This document shows, piece by piece, positions 26,612-35,086 of a stretch of DNA of 64,000 nucleotides. The position numbers and the translations under genes were made by a program. Under the pieces are notes generated by a model. The model had not been told where the DNA came from. It was given only the letters and a program-made list of their open reading frames with translations, and did no database searches. The stretch comes from an uncultured Candidatus Saccharibacteria bacterium (GTDB taxonomy: Bacteria; Patescibacteriota; Saccharimonadia; Saccharimonadales; CAZVRA01): the NCBI GenBank assembly GCA_964630055.1, contig CAZVRA010000002.1:79021-143020 (forward strand). Direction: 5' to 3'. Each line of letters begins with the position of its first letter. Positions within the stretch are counted from its first letter, which is position 1.

Positions 26612-29065
26612 CTAAGCGGCCTTTTTAGGCTTACGGCTGCGGTTGCCGCTAGACTTTGTGGACTTTTTTGCTGTTTGTCTAGTTGTTCGGGCAGTTGATC
26701 GGACGCCACGAGCTGGTCGTTTGCGAGCTGGCGCTTCGGCCAATAATTTTTTAGCCTGCTCGGCATCAACGGTTTTGGCATCGACATCTTTAGGAATCTT
26801 GGCATTTTTGGTGCCATCGGTTACGTACGGCCCAAAACGCCCATTCAAGACTTTTAAGCCGTTACCAAAATCGGCAATGTTCTTGGCCGCTTCGGCAGCC
26901 AGCTTGGCATCGTATAGCTCTTGAGCTTTAGCCAGGCTAATCCGATGTGGGTCCTCTGGTTTAATGCTGACAAATAATTTGCCAACCTGAATATACGGCC
27001 CAAAACGCCCAATATTGGCTTTGATTTCTTGGCCATCTTTGGTTTGACCAACTAACCGTGGTAGTTCAAAAGCTTTAGTTGCTTGCTCCAATGTTACGGT
27101 ATCTATTCGAGTGCCTTCCGGCAATGGTGCGAAGTGTGGCTTGGCGGCTTCGTCTTCGGTGGCTCCTAGCTGCAGCATGGGCCCAAAACGTCCGAATCGA
27201 GCAATAATTGGTTTGCCCGATTTGGGGTCGATGCCCACTTGTCGGCTCTCACCTACACTGCTTCGGTCTATGCTGCCCGACTGCTCTATTAACTTGTGAA
27301 ATGGCTGATAAAAATTGTGGAGCATGGTGTTGCGCTCTAGCTTATCTTCGGCAATTTGATCAAAATCTTCTTCTACATGGGCGGTAAATCCATAATCGAC
27401 GATGTTGGTAAAATGCTTGGTTAGGAAATCGCTAATGAGTTCTCCGCTAGGGGTCGGTACTAATTTGCCGCGGTCAGATCCTGATTTTTCTTGTTCGATG
27501 CTGCGTTCTACGACCTGGTTATTTGCTAATTTATTTTTGCTGCTTGGCGAGTAGCTAAGCACGATAATATCTCGCTCAACTCCTTCATTTTCGCCTCGTT
27601 GCACATAGCCACGAGTTTGAACGGTGTCGATAATCGTGGCGTATGTGCTGGGGCGGCCAATCCCCAGTTCCTCCAATTTTTTGACTAAGCTACCTTCGCT
27701 GTAGCGAGCTGGTGGTCGAGCAAAAACCTGTCGAGCCGTTGCTTGCTCTAAGGTTAGCGGATCTCCACTGGCTACTGGCGGTAGCAATATTAGGCTACTA
27801 TCTTTTTTGGTGGCATTATAAACCTTAAGAAATCCGTCAAAAATAACTACTTCGCCTTTGGCTTCGAAGGAAGTGTTTGACTTGGTGTTAATGTTTTTAT
27901 CTGAGTCTGAATTAACGGGTATGGTAATAACGGTCTTTTCGAGCTTGGCTGGTGACATCTGCGAAGCGAGTGTGCGACGGCGTATTAGATCGTATAATTT
28001 TTGGTTATAACTGTCGCTGCTAGCTTTTTGAAGAGCTATGTTGGTTGGCCTGATAGCTTCGTGAGCTTCTTGGGCGCTGGAATTTTTGGTGCGGAAATTA
28101 CGGGTCTGAACGTATTGTTTGCCGTATTCTTTTTCTATAAAGCTGGCAGCGCTGGCAATTGCCTGTTGGCTTAAGTTGACGCTATCGGTACGCATGTAGG
28201 TGATCTTACCTTCTTGGTATAGCTTTTGAGCAGCTGCCATTGTGGCTTTGCTGCTAAAACCCAGTTTAGAGTTAGCTTCTTGTTGCAAAGTGCTGGTGGT
28301 AAACGGAGCCCCAGGGTTGCGAGTAGCTGGGCTTTGGGTTACAGAGGATACGACAAAATCTTGGTTGTTTAGGCCAGCCAAAAAAGCTGCTGCCTGCTGT
28401 TCGGTATCGAATCGTTGGGATAATTCTGCGCTAAAATCTTGTTTTTTGTGCAAAAAACTAGCCGTTACTTTGAACTGGCTAGAGCTTTGGTGAGCACGAA
28501 TTTCCCGTTCGCGTTCAACCAATAACCTCACGGCTGGGCTCTGGACACGGCCGGCACTTTTGCCTCCTGGTACTTTTTGCCAGACAACTGGACTGAGCTC
28601 AAAGCCCACAATGCGGTCCAGAATTTGCCGGGCCTGCTGGGCCTTTACTAAGCTCATATCTACCGTACGCGGCTGCTTGATTGATTTTGTTATAGCATCT
28701 TTTGTTATTTCGTGAAAAACGATTCGTTTGGTGGTCTTTGGATCCAGCTTGAGGACTTCGCATAAATGCCAAGCAATTGCTTCACCTTCGCGGTCTTCAT
28801 CGGTTGCTAGCCAAACTGCCTGAGCAGATTTTGCGGCTTTTTTGAGTTCGGCAATGACTTTCTTTTTTTCGGGGTCGATTTGGTAGGTGGTCTTAAAGCC
28901 ATTACCTATATCTATTGGTGGCGAACCATCTGGATTTTTTTTGGCGATTGACCTAATATGGCCAATACTACTTAGGACATGAAAATCAGGACCCAGGTAC
29001 TTTTCGATAGTTTTTGCCTTGGCCGGACTCTCTACTATTACTAAATTGGCGGGGTTTTTACTCAT
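26612..29065 (-). CDS. topA: DNA topoisomerase I
   Basis: Toprim VESPAKAKTIEKYLG, active-site YMRTDS, three C-terminal GRFGP(Y/M) repeats and a Lys/Arg tail. Start set at MSKNPANL (29065), not the track start 29110. Confidence 0.9.
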   Translation of the reverse strand: MSKNPANLVIVESPAKAKTIEKYLGPDFHVLSSIGHIRSIAKKNPDGSPPIDIGNGFKTTYQIDPEKKKVIAELKKAAKSAQAVWLATDEDREGEAIAWHLCEVLKLDPKTTKRIVFHEITKDAITKSIKQPRTVDMSLVKAQQARQILDRIVGFELSPVVWQKVPGGKSAGRVQSPAVRLLVEREREIRAHQSSSQFKVTASFLHKKQDFSAELSQRFDTEQQAAAFLAGLNNQDFVVSSVTQSPATRNPGAPFTTSTLQQEANSKLGFSSKATMAAAQKLYQEGKITYMRTDSVNLSQQAIASAASFIEKEYGKQYVQTRNFRTKNSSAQEAHEAIRPTNIALQKASSDSYNQKLYDLIRRRTLASQMSPAKLEKTVITIPVNSDSDKNINTKSNTSFEAKGEVVIFDGFLKVYNATKKDSSLILLPPVASGDPLTLEQATARQVFARPPARYSEGSLVKKLEELGIGRPSTYATIIDTVQTRGYVQRGENEGVERDIIVLSYSPSSKNKLANNQVVERSIEQEKSGSDRGKLVPTPSGELISDFLTKHFTNIVDYGFTAHVEEDFDQIAEDKLERNTMLHNFYQPFHKLIEQSGSIDRSSVGESRQVGIDPKSGKPIIARFGRFGPMLQLGATEDEAAKPHFAPLPEGTRIDTVTLEQATKAFELPRLVGQTKDGQEIKANIGRFGPYIQVGKLFVSIKPEDPHRISLAKAQELYDAKLAAEAAKNIADFGNGLKVLNGRFGPYVTDGTKNAKIPKDVDAKTVDAEQAKKLLAEAPARKRPARGVRSTARTTRQTAKKSTKSSGNRSRKPKKAA

Positions 29066-29176
29066 GTTTATACGAATCTTTATCTTAACGGCATTTGTGT
29101 GCAAATGCAACAGCGCCTTACCTTACACGATTAGCTACCTATTGGTCAAGTAGTAGTTGCCTTAGTTTTGGTAAAT

Positions 29177-30115
29177 TTAGAGTGCCGACCATTGCCCAGG
29201 AGTTAAGCTTCTTATGTGGCCAGACAACTCTAGCATGGTTAAGGCTTGCTGCACTTGGCGCAGAGGTAACGCTGATTTTTCTAACAATTCGTTTGTATAT
29301 ATTATGCCAGAGCGAATTTGTTGGAGTAGTTTAGCCTGGACTTGGTCTTTGGGTAGCGGCAGTTCTTGAGCTGGCACGGCGTTTGGAACGATAATATCTA
29401 GAATATCTTGCAAGCTGGTGACGGGTATTGCTCCCTGCCTTATTAGCTTGTTGGTTCCTTGGCTAGTGGGACTGTTAATATTGCCAGGCACAGCAAAAAC
29501 ATCTATGCCAAGCTCCAGTGCAAACTCGGCTGTGTGCAAACTACCACTACGCTGAGCTGCTTCTGTAATGATTACTGCCTGGGCAAGGCCAGCTATAATA
29601 CGGTTTCTAGCCACAAATTGCCAGCGGCCTGGGTTAGCTGACTCCCCTGGTCCGTACTCGCTTACTAGACTGCCCTTTTGCGACAGTATTTGATGAGCCA
29701 ATGGTTGGTGGCTAGATGGATAAACATGCTCAATGCCACATGGCAATACGGCTATGGTATGACCACCGGCTGCAATAGCCGCCTGGTGCGCCAGCGAGTC
29801 GGCACCGATGGCTAGGCCACTAACAATAGTAACGCCTTTTAATGCTAGCCCACTCGCAATATAATTAGTTACCCATCGACCATAGCTACTAACTGCTCGA
29901 CTGCCTACAATAGCAACTGTTGGGCCGCCTAGCAGACGGAGTGGATCTAGACCCATATACCACAGTTGTTTAACCGCTGGTTGGACCAGGTTTAATTGCC
30001 CCAAACTTGCCGGGTTTATAGGGTGGTACTGACTTTTTGCTGGTGATTTATTGATACTCATCATGCTTATGTGCCATGCAAGTAATGCCATGACATTGTA
30101 TTGATTATTTAACAA
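29177..30115 (-). CDS. dprA: DNA processing protein DprA
   Basis: Rossmann-like core GSRAVSSYG...SGLAIGADSLAHQAA...NRIIAGL...SGSLHTAEFALELG. Start uncertain: TTG 30115 or an ATG at 30091, 30064 or 30061. Confidence 0.85.
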   Translation of the reverse strand: MLNNQYNVMALLAWHISMMSINKSPAKSQYHPINPASLGQLNLVQPAVKQLWYMGLDPLRLLGGPTVAIVGSRAVSSYGRWVTNYIASGLALKGVTIVSGLAIGADSLAHQAAIAAGGHTIAVLPCGIEHVYPSSHQPLAHQILSQKGSLVSEYGPGESANPGRWQFVARNRIIAGLAQAVIITEAAQRSGSLHTAEFALELGIDVFAVPGNINSPTSQGTNKLIRQGAIPVTSLQDILDIIVPNAVPAQELPLPKDQVQAKLLQQIRSGIIYTNELLEKSALPLRQVQQALTMLELSGHIRSLTPGQWSAL

Positions 30116-30130
30116 AATTTATTTTTAGTA

Positions 30131-30159
30131 TTGACATAAAGGCATTTATTTGCTAAAAT
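30131..30159 (+). promoter_or_regulatory. near-consensus sigma70-type promoter (TTGACA-17 nt-TAAAAT)
   Basis: TTGACA at 30131-30136, an exact 17-nt spacer, TAAAAT at 30154-30159. Confidence 0.6.
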
Positions 30160-30232
30160 CGCAAACTGTGATTCTGTATAAGCATTGCTTGCAGATACCA
30201 CGTACCTTCTACCCCAAATTCTAACCGGCAGT

Positions 30233-30252
30233 TGTTAAATAATTGTTAAATT
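30233..30252 (-). promoter_or_regulatory. direct-repeat box site 2 (identical 20-mer to site 1)
   Basis: Exact 20/20 match to 24047-24066 in the same orientation. TAGAAT lies 9 nt downstream on the minus strand, pointing at dprA. Extra TGCTAA/TGTTAG hexamers flank it. Confidence 0.5.
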
Positions 30253-30593
30253 ATCGTAATAATTGCTAAGTGTTAGATTGTTTTAGAGCGCGCGAGCCAA
30301 AGTTGTTACCCTCCACTTTTTTTCGCTGCCTCCGGTTAGCCGGATTGGGCAGCGCTCTAAGACAAACTAACCCCTTTAACCTGATGTCTGTTCCAGATTG
30401 CGTTTTCGCATTTTGGACCGACCCCAATCAGTGTGAGTACGTCAGTATGACCTCGTTTATCCTCGGATAAACCAGGCGGCGCGAGTCTTTATGGAGTTTT
30501 GGACATCGACGCTTCACCGGGTGGGTTGAAGGGTGGTTTATAGAGGTAATCCCGGCGGTGGGCCAACGAACCGGGGTATTTGCCTCTTGAAAT

Positions 30594-30633
30594 GAGCCTC
30601 TAGCGGTGCCCACCCCCTCTAGAGGCTCTTTTT
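30594..30633 (+). terminator. rho-independent terminator
   Basis: GAGCCTCTAG / CTAGAGGCTC 10-bp stem, 15-nt loop, TTTTT run. The loop GCCCACC is complementary to GGTGGGC at 30557-30563. Confidence 0.7.
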
Positions 30634-30655
30634 GTTGATTTTATGCGACAGTTTT

Positions 30656-31303
30656 ATGACAGATAATTTACCCGACAACCTACTATCTCCAAAAGTGTAT
30701 TTCGATAATGGTTTTGACAGTCTTTGCCATCAGGCGATTGAGCAATCAGTCGAGCACGGTGCGGCTAAAATTAATGGTTTCTTAGGAAAAACTTCTTTGG
30801 AGCGTTTACAAGAAAGGTGTCCATCTGACGCAGAACTTTTGGCCGCCAAGATACCGGAAATTGCTCAATTTATAACCTATTTATGCCACGACGCCAAAAA
30901 CACCTGGAGTGTTTCGGCCGAAATTGCTTATGTACAAAATACTAGTGCCTATAATCAGACAATTGTGTCTCATCTTGATCCGCCTGCTTATGGCAAGGAC
31001 GGACTTAGCCTGGTATTGCCTTTAACTGGGGCCAAAGCGCTGTTTGGAGCCGATGATGAGCGTTTTGGGGATTTAAACGGAGTGTGTACCAAGCGGCAAT
31101 CATCTTATGTTACCGAATACGGGCCTGGCGACGCTATACTCCTGCGGCAAAACGTCGCCTCGGTCAACGCCCAGCCAAAGTTAAAGCTCCAATCTTGGCA
31201 TTACGGTTTTGTAGTAGCTAAACCAGGTATGATGCCAACAGAATGGAACAGAAAAATACTATTAATTGACCTAGCTAATCCTGACGTTAGATATGCCGGC
31301 TAG
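30656..31303 (+). CDS. hypothetical protein, possible Fe(II)/2-oxoglutarate-oxygenase-like fold
   Basis: HxD (SHLDP) ... GPGDAILL ... H (SWHYG) spacing resembles the DSBH facial triad. Start moved to ATG 30656 because the track TTG 30632 lies inside the terminator T-run. Confidence 0.35.
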   Translation: MTDNLPDNLLSPKVYFDNGFDSLCHQAIEQSVEHGAAKINGFLGKTSLERLQERCPSDAELLAAKIPEIAQFITYLCHDAKNTWSVSAEIAYVQNTSAYNQTIVSHLDPPAYGKDGLSLVLPLTGAKALFGADDERFGDLNGVCTKRQSSYVTEYGPGDAILLRQNVASVNAQPKLKLQSWHYGFVVAKPGMMPTEWNRKILLIDLANPDVRYAG

Positions 31304-31940
31304 TCGTGGCCAGGCCCTGTCCAGAAACAACAGCTTCGATCAACAAGGAGACAACCTCTTTTTTTATATCGGCTAAATTATTTTGTTCTGTGGTGTTAAA
31401 TTTGGCTAGTACAAAATCGGCGCTGTCTATTTGTGGAGGATTTTTGGGGCCGATTCCGATCCGAATACGTCCAAAATCTGGCCCACAGTGTGAAATTATG
31501 GATTTTAGACCATTGTGCCCGGCACTGCCGCCACCAATTTGGCTGCGTAGCATGCCAAACGCTACGTCTAGCTCGTCGTGGACAATTATGGTAGCGCTGG
31601 AGGGTATTTTAAAGAAATGTTGCGTGGCGCCGACAGCTAGGCCACTGTCGTTCATGAAAGTGGTCGGTTTTATGGCTATAACTCGAGTGTTACCTATGGT
31701 GCCGCTGGCTAGTAGGCAGTTTAGATCTTTTTTGGTTATCCAGGGCTCGGCCTGGCCTTGGCTAAACTCGCTGTGGCTGGCTACAAGGCTGCTTAGACAG
31801 TCAAAGCCAATGTTGTGGCGTGTGCCGTCGTATTGGCGACCAGGATTGCCTAAACCGACCAGCAGCATGGTTTTTTGAACGCCAATTGTGTAAAGTGGCG
31901 CCTGGCTGGCGGGAACCGGTCGTTTTGCAAATAATCCCAT
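31287..31940 (-). CDS. pth: peptidyl-tRNA hydrolase
   Basis: LLVGLGNPGRQYDGTRHNIGF and GGSAGHNGLKS motifs. Confidence 0.9.
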   Translation of the reverse strand: MGLFAKRPVPASQAPLYTIGVQKTMLLVGLGNPGRQYDGTRHNIGFDCLSSLVASHSEFSQGQAEPWITKKDLNCLLASGTIGNTRVIAIKPTTFMNDSGLAVGATQHFFKIPSSATIIVHDELDVAFGMLRSQIGGGSAGHNGLKSIISHCGPDFGRIRIGIGPKNPPQIDSADFVLAKFNTTEQNNLADIKKEVVSLLIEAVVSGQGLATTSRHI

Positions 31941-31963
31941 TGGCTATAGTATAACCCAAAAAA

Positions 31964-33337
31964 TTAGTAGCTGACGGTTTTGCGTGGTGGTCGGTTGCGA
32001 TCGCCGTGTTTGTGGGTGTCGTGTTTTTCTATGAACCATAATTGGATTGGCGAGCCAGCGTAGTCGTATTGCTCGCGAAGGCATCTTTCTAGGTAGCGCC
32101 GGTAGCTCCAGTGAACAAAACGGGTATGGCTGCCAAAAATTTTGAAGGCTGGAATGGGGTTGTCGTCTTCCTGAACCATGTAGTTGAGTTTGGGGGCACG
32201 GTTTTTGAGGCCGGCTGGCGGGTGGCTGGCAACGACTTTACGTAGCCACCGGTTAAGATCGGCGGTTTGCAGACGCTGATTGCGGCGTTGGTCGATTTGC
32301 ATGGTTAGTTCAAATATTTGGGCAACATTTTGGCCGGTTACCGAGCTAGTAACAATTACCGGCGCCCAAGGCACAAAGTCAAAATCCTGGCGCAGCTTGG
32401 CAGCCAGCTGATCGCGGCTGAACGGTGTTTTTTCGTCTAGACTGTCCCATTTGCTAATGACCAGTATTAGGCCCTTGCCGGCTTCTTTAATCATGCCGGC
32501 GATTTTTTGGTCGAGGGCTACCTGGAGCTCGTTGACATCCATGACCAGCAGGCAGACATCGGCTTGCTCGATGGCCGACAAGCTGCGGATAACGCTAAAG
32601 CGCTCAACGCCGGGGTTAATTTTGCCGCTGCGTCTTATGCCAGCGGTGTCTAGAAGTTCGATTTCGCGTTTTTGGAATTTTATGACTGTTCGGTTGATGT
32701 CGCGCGTGGTGCCAGCGCGGTCGGCGACGACCGCCTGCTGCTTTTTGGCTAGAGTATTAAACAGGCGCGATTTACCGACGTTGGGCCGGCCTAAAATGGC
32801 TAGGCGCAGGCGGTCGTCGGCGTCGTATTCGGTAACTTGAGGTATGACAGCGGCCAGTTCGTCGAGTAAAACACCTACCCCAAGGTTTTGCTTGGCAGCG
32901 GTTAGAATAATTGGCTTAATACCAAGGCGCTGGTAATCTTCTGGCTGAGCCCGCGGTGCTTTGTCGACTTTATTAACCACCAACATGACCGGTTTTTTGC
33001 TGCGCAGAGCCAGCTTGGTCACGCGGCGATCTTCTTCGGTGATGGCGGCCGGTGCCTCTATGACCACCCAGATGACATCGGCGCTGTCGGCGGCCTGGGT
33101 AATTTGCTCCTGAATAGTAAATTCAAAATCGTCTTCGGCGTCCTTCATGCCAGCGGTGTCTATAAGCCAGAAATCGTGACCGTCGTGGTTGGCCTTGGCC
33201 CAAACGCTGTCGCGCGTGGTGCCTGGCTCGTCGGCTACAATGGCTTCGCGGCGGCCTAAAATAGCGTTAAACAGGCTACTCTTGCCAACGTTGGCGCGGC
33301 CAACTATGGCCACAATGGGTAGACGTTTTTTACTCAT
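31964..33337 (-). CDS. der: ribosome-associated GTPase Der/EngA
   Basis: Two tandem GTPase domains (GRANVGKSS...DTAG; GRPNVGKSR...DTAG) plus a KH-like C-terminus. Confidence 0.9.
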   Translation of the reverse strand: MSKKRLPIVAIVGRANVGKSSLFNAILGRREAIVADEPGTTRDSVWAKANHDGHDFWLIDTAGMKDAEDDFEFTIQEQITQAADSADVIWVVIEAPAAITEEDRRVTKLALRSKKPVMLVVNKVDKAPRAQPEDYQRLGIKPIILTAAKQNLGVGVLLDELAAVIPQVTEYDADDRLRLAILGRPNVGKSRLFNTLAKKQQAVVADRAGTTRDINRTVIKFQKREIELLDTAGIRRSGKINPGVERFSVIRSLSAIEQADVCLLVMDVNELQVALDQKIAGMIKEAGKGLILVISKWDSLDEKTPFSRDQLAAKLRQDFDFVPWAPVIVTSSVTGQNVAQIFELTMQIDQRRNQRLQTADLNRWLRKVVASHPPAGLKNRAPKLNYMVQEDDNPIPAFKIFGSHTRFVHWSYRRYLERCLREQYDYAGSPIQLWFIEKHDTHKHGDRNRPPRKTVSY

Positions 33338-33439
33338 AAGTGACTATTATAACAGAGGTAGACAAATTTGTAAAATAAAGCTTTTTATTATAAAGGATAT
33401 TGACATAACAATGGCCGAAGCATTACCATATGCAGCAAT

Positions 33440-33790
33440 ATGGCAGAAATAATAGTTACCCATAAAGATTGTGGCGATATGGCCCTTAGATCTAGGGATA
33501 TTATGATCGAAAATATTGTGACCGACGAGAATCGACTGCTACACGAGTCATATCGGTTTAGATGCCTTTTATGCAAAATTGTAGTTGTCAATAAGATAGA
33601 TAGCTTTATAGATACAATCTTGCAGGACGCTGGAGTTTCGGTCCATAAAACCATCATAACCGAAGCTGTTTTGGCCGAAGGTCCTAATATGGTTGGAGCG
33701 CCGATCAGCGAAAAAGATGTTTCTTCGATGCACCATTTGCTAAAAACAAGTCCTGATGATATAATTACAAAGTTTTTTAATCAAGACTAA
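33440..33790 (+). CDS. hypothetical protein
   Basis: 116-aa track ORF in its own intergenic context. No recognisable motif. Confidence 0.35.
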   Translation: MAEIIVTHKDCGDMALRSRDIMIENIVTDENRLLHESYRFRCLLCKIVVVNKIDSFIDTILQDAGVSVHKTIITEAVLAEGPNMVGAPISEKDVSSMHHLLKTSPDDIITKFFNQD

Positions 33791-33819
33791 AACACGTAAT
33801 TGTTATATAACAGGAAATA

Positions 33820-34341
33820 GTGGCAACAAAGGTGAGAGAACAACTTCGTAATACTAATTTGCGCTTGCGCAGTTTAGGCCCAATCGACAGGCTGATTTTA
33901 GGAGGCCTGACGCTGGGTCTTGCTGGCAGTGGCTTAGCACTGGCCTCTGAAGGTCTGGACGCGCTCCGTAGTCATGGCTGGGGCCAAGATATGTATGCTT
34001 GCCCTATTGGCTACGAAGGTCTGATAGTAGTCGAAGTGTCGTCAGATGCGGATCGTACACTTAGCCAACTTGGACAGGCGGCAATTAATAACAAGATACC
34101 AGACCCAACATCACAGAAAAAAGCCACTCCAGACTATGCCGATAAACCTGGCGAATTAGCTTGTGAAGTGCCTACGCATAGAGAGGAAACGGGTAGAGCC
34201 GTGCCTGTCTTTGATGTTCTAACCCCGGCTGGGATGGAAGCATTGGACATTAGTGTTTCGGGTGCCTTATTTCCAGGTAAAGACAGCCCGGCATTGCCAG
34301 CTGGCTTGCGCTGGCTCAAGCCCGAAGACTTTAATCGCTAA
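33820..34341 (+). CDS. hypothetical membrane-anchored protein
   Basis: 173-aa ORF (GTG start) with one N-terminal hydrophobic segment (LILGGLTLGLAGSGLALA). Confidence 0.35.
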   Translation: MATKVREQLRNTNLRLRSLGPIDRLILGGLTLGLAGSGLALASEGLDALRSHGWGQDMYACPIGYEGLIVVEVSSDADRTLSQLGQAAINNKIPDPTSQKKATPDYADKPGELACEVPTHREETGRAVPVFDVLTPAGMEALDISVSGALFPGKDSPALPAGLRWLKPEDFNR

Positions 34342-34378
34342 AGTTTGACCACTGCGACCACTGTAATTTTTGGATTAT

Positions 34379-35059
34379 TTAGGCTGGATGTTTTAAAATT
34401 GTATGAGCACCAAAAGCTAAGTCGCCTAGTTTATAGCTGCCAAAACTGATTCTGTGCAAGGCGATTACTTTAAAGCCAACAGCTGCAAAGCTGCGGCGGA
34501 TTTGTCGATTTCGCCCTTCGGTTAACTCGACCTCCCAGCGTTGATTGTTGGCATCTACTGGCCTAATTTTTATGCGACTGAGCCTAGGTTCGCCAATGTC
34601 TACCCCGCGGGCTAGTTTGGCTATAATTTGGGGGCTTAACGGCCTATCTAGGTTCACGACATACAGCTTGGACTTATTATGCGAGGGGTGGGCTAGTGAC
34701 TGAAGTAGCTGGCCGTCGTTGGTCAAAAGCAGCAGACCGGAGCTGTCTTTATCTAGCCTGCCAACAGGGTTGAGATGCTGCAGGCTGCTGGGCAGCAGGC
34801 TATAAATGGTTTGGCTGCCCTGCCCGCTTCGCGAGCAAACGTAGCCAACTGGTTTGTTGAACATTACTAAGGTGTTTTTTGGTTGTTCTGGTAGCTCTGG
34901 TAATAAATGACCGTCCAGAATAATTTGGTCATCTGGTGCTACTTGCTGTCCGGCTGCTGGTGCTTGCCCGTTGACGCTTACCCGGCCATCGGCAATAGCG
35001 CTATCGGCCGCTCGCCTAGAAAGGTTGCTAACTCGAGCGATGTGGGCGTTGATGCGCAT
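34379..35059 (-). CDS. pseudouridine synthase, RsuA/RluB family
   Basis: N-terminal S4 domain and catalytic motif GRLDKDSSGLLLLTNDG. Confidence 0.85.
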   Translation of the reverse strand: MRINAHIARVSNLSRRAADSAIADGRVSVNGQAPAAGQQVAPDDQIILDGHLLPELPEQPKNTLVMFNKPVGYVCSRSGQGSQTIYSLLPSSLQHLNPVGRLDKDSSGLLLLTNDGQLLQSLAHPSHNKSKLYVVNLDRPLSPQIIAKLARGVDIGEPRLSRIKIRPVDANNQRWEVELTEGRNRQIRRSFAAVGFKVIALHRISFGSYKLGDLAFGAHTILKHPA

Positions 35060-35086
35060 AAAGGCCTAATTACTAATTACTAATTA

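Larger units (their letters stand above)
30166..30633 (+). ncRNA. unclassified structured leader or ncRNA (~460 nt)
   Basis: Bounded by the promoter above and a strong intrinsic terminator. Several hand-found helices: TTAGAGCGC/GCGCTCTAA, CGCTGCC/GGCAGCG enclosing TCCGG-ttag-CCGGA, and TTTATC-ctcg-GATAAA. Confidence 0.45.

Noticed and set aside
29091-29108. Small inverted repeat GCATTTG-tgtg-CAAATGC between dprA and topA.
   Set aside because: It is short and AT-rich with no flanking T-run. There is insufficient evidence for a terminator or operator.
30340-30410. Partial resemblance to the TPP riboswitch core (GCTCTAAGA...ACCCCTTTAACCTGAT-hairpin-TGCG versus GCUGAGA...ACCCUUUGAACCUGAUCUGG...GCG).
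   Set aside because: The invariant CUGAGA is CUAAGA here. No GGGG strand is present to pair with ACCC, and the closing GCGUAGGGA is missing. I do not call it a THI element, and cmscan should decide.
30270-30470. 66-aa ORF (GTG start) inside the long leader, including a 28-aa ATG-initiated Cys/Trp-containing tail (MSVPDCVFAFWTDPNQCEYVSMTSFILG).
   Set aside because: Neither start has a Shine-Dalgarno, and the region is better explained by the RNA helices it contains. A leader peptide or RiPP-like precursor cannot be fully excluded without Ribo-seq.
31306-31878. 190-aa plus-strand ORF, with similar long antisense ORFs at 32451-32840, 36621-36908, 36957-37214, 50824-51237 and others.
   Set aside because: Each lies entirely antisense to a gene with clear family motifs (pth, der, HK, ABC permease). 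They have Ser/Arg/Leu-rich odd composition and no RBS, which is typical of shadow ORFs.
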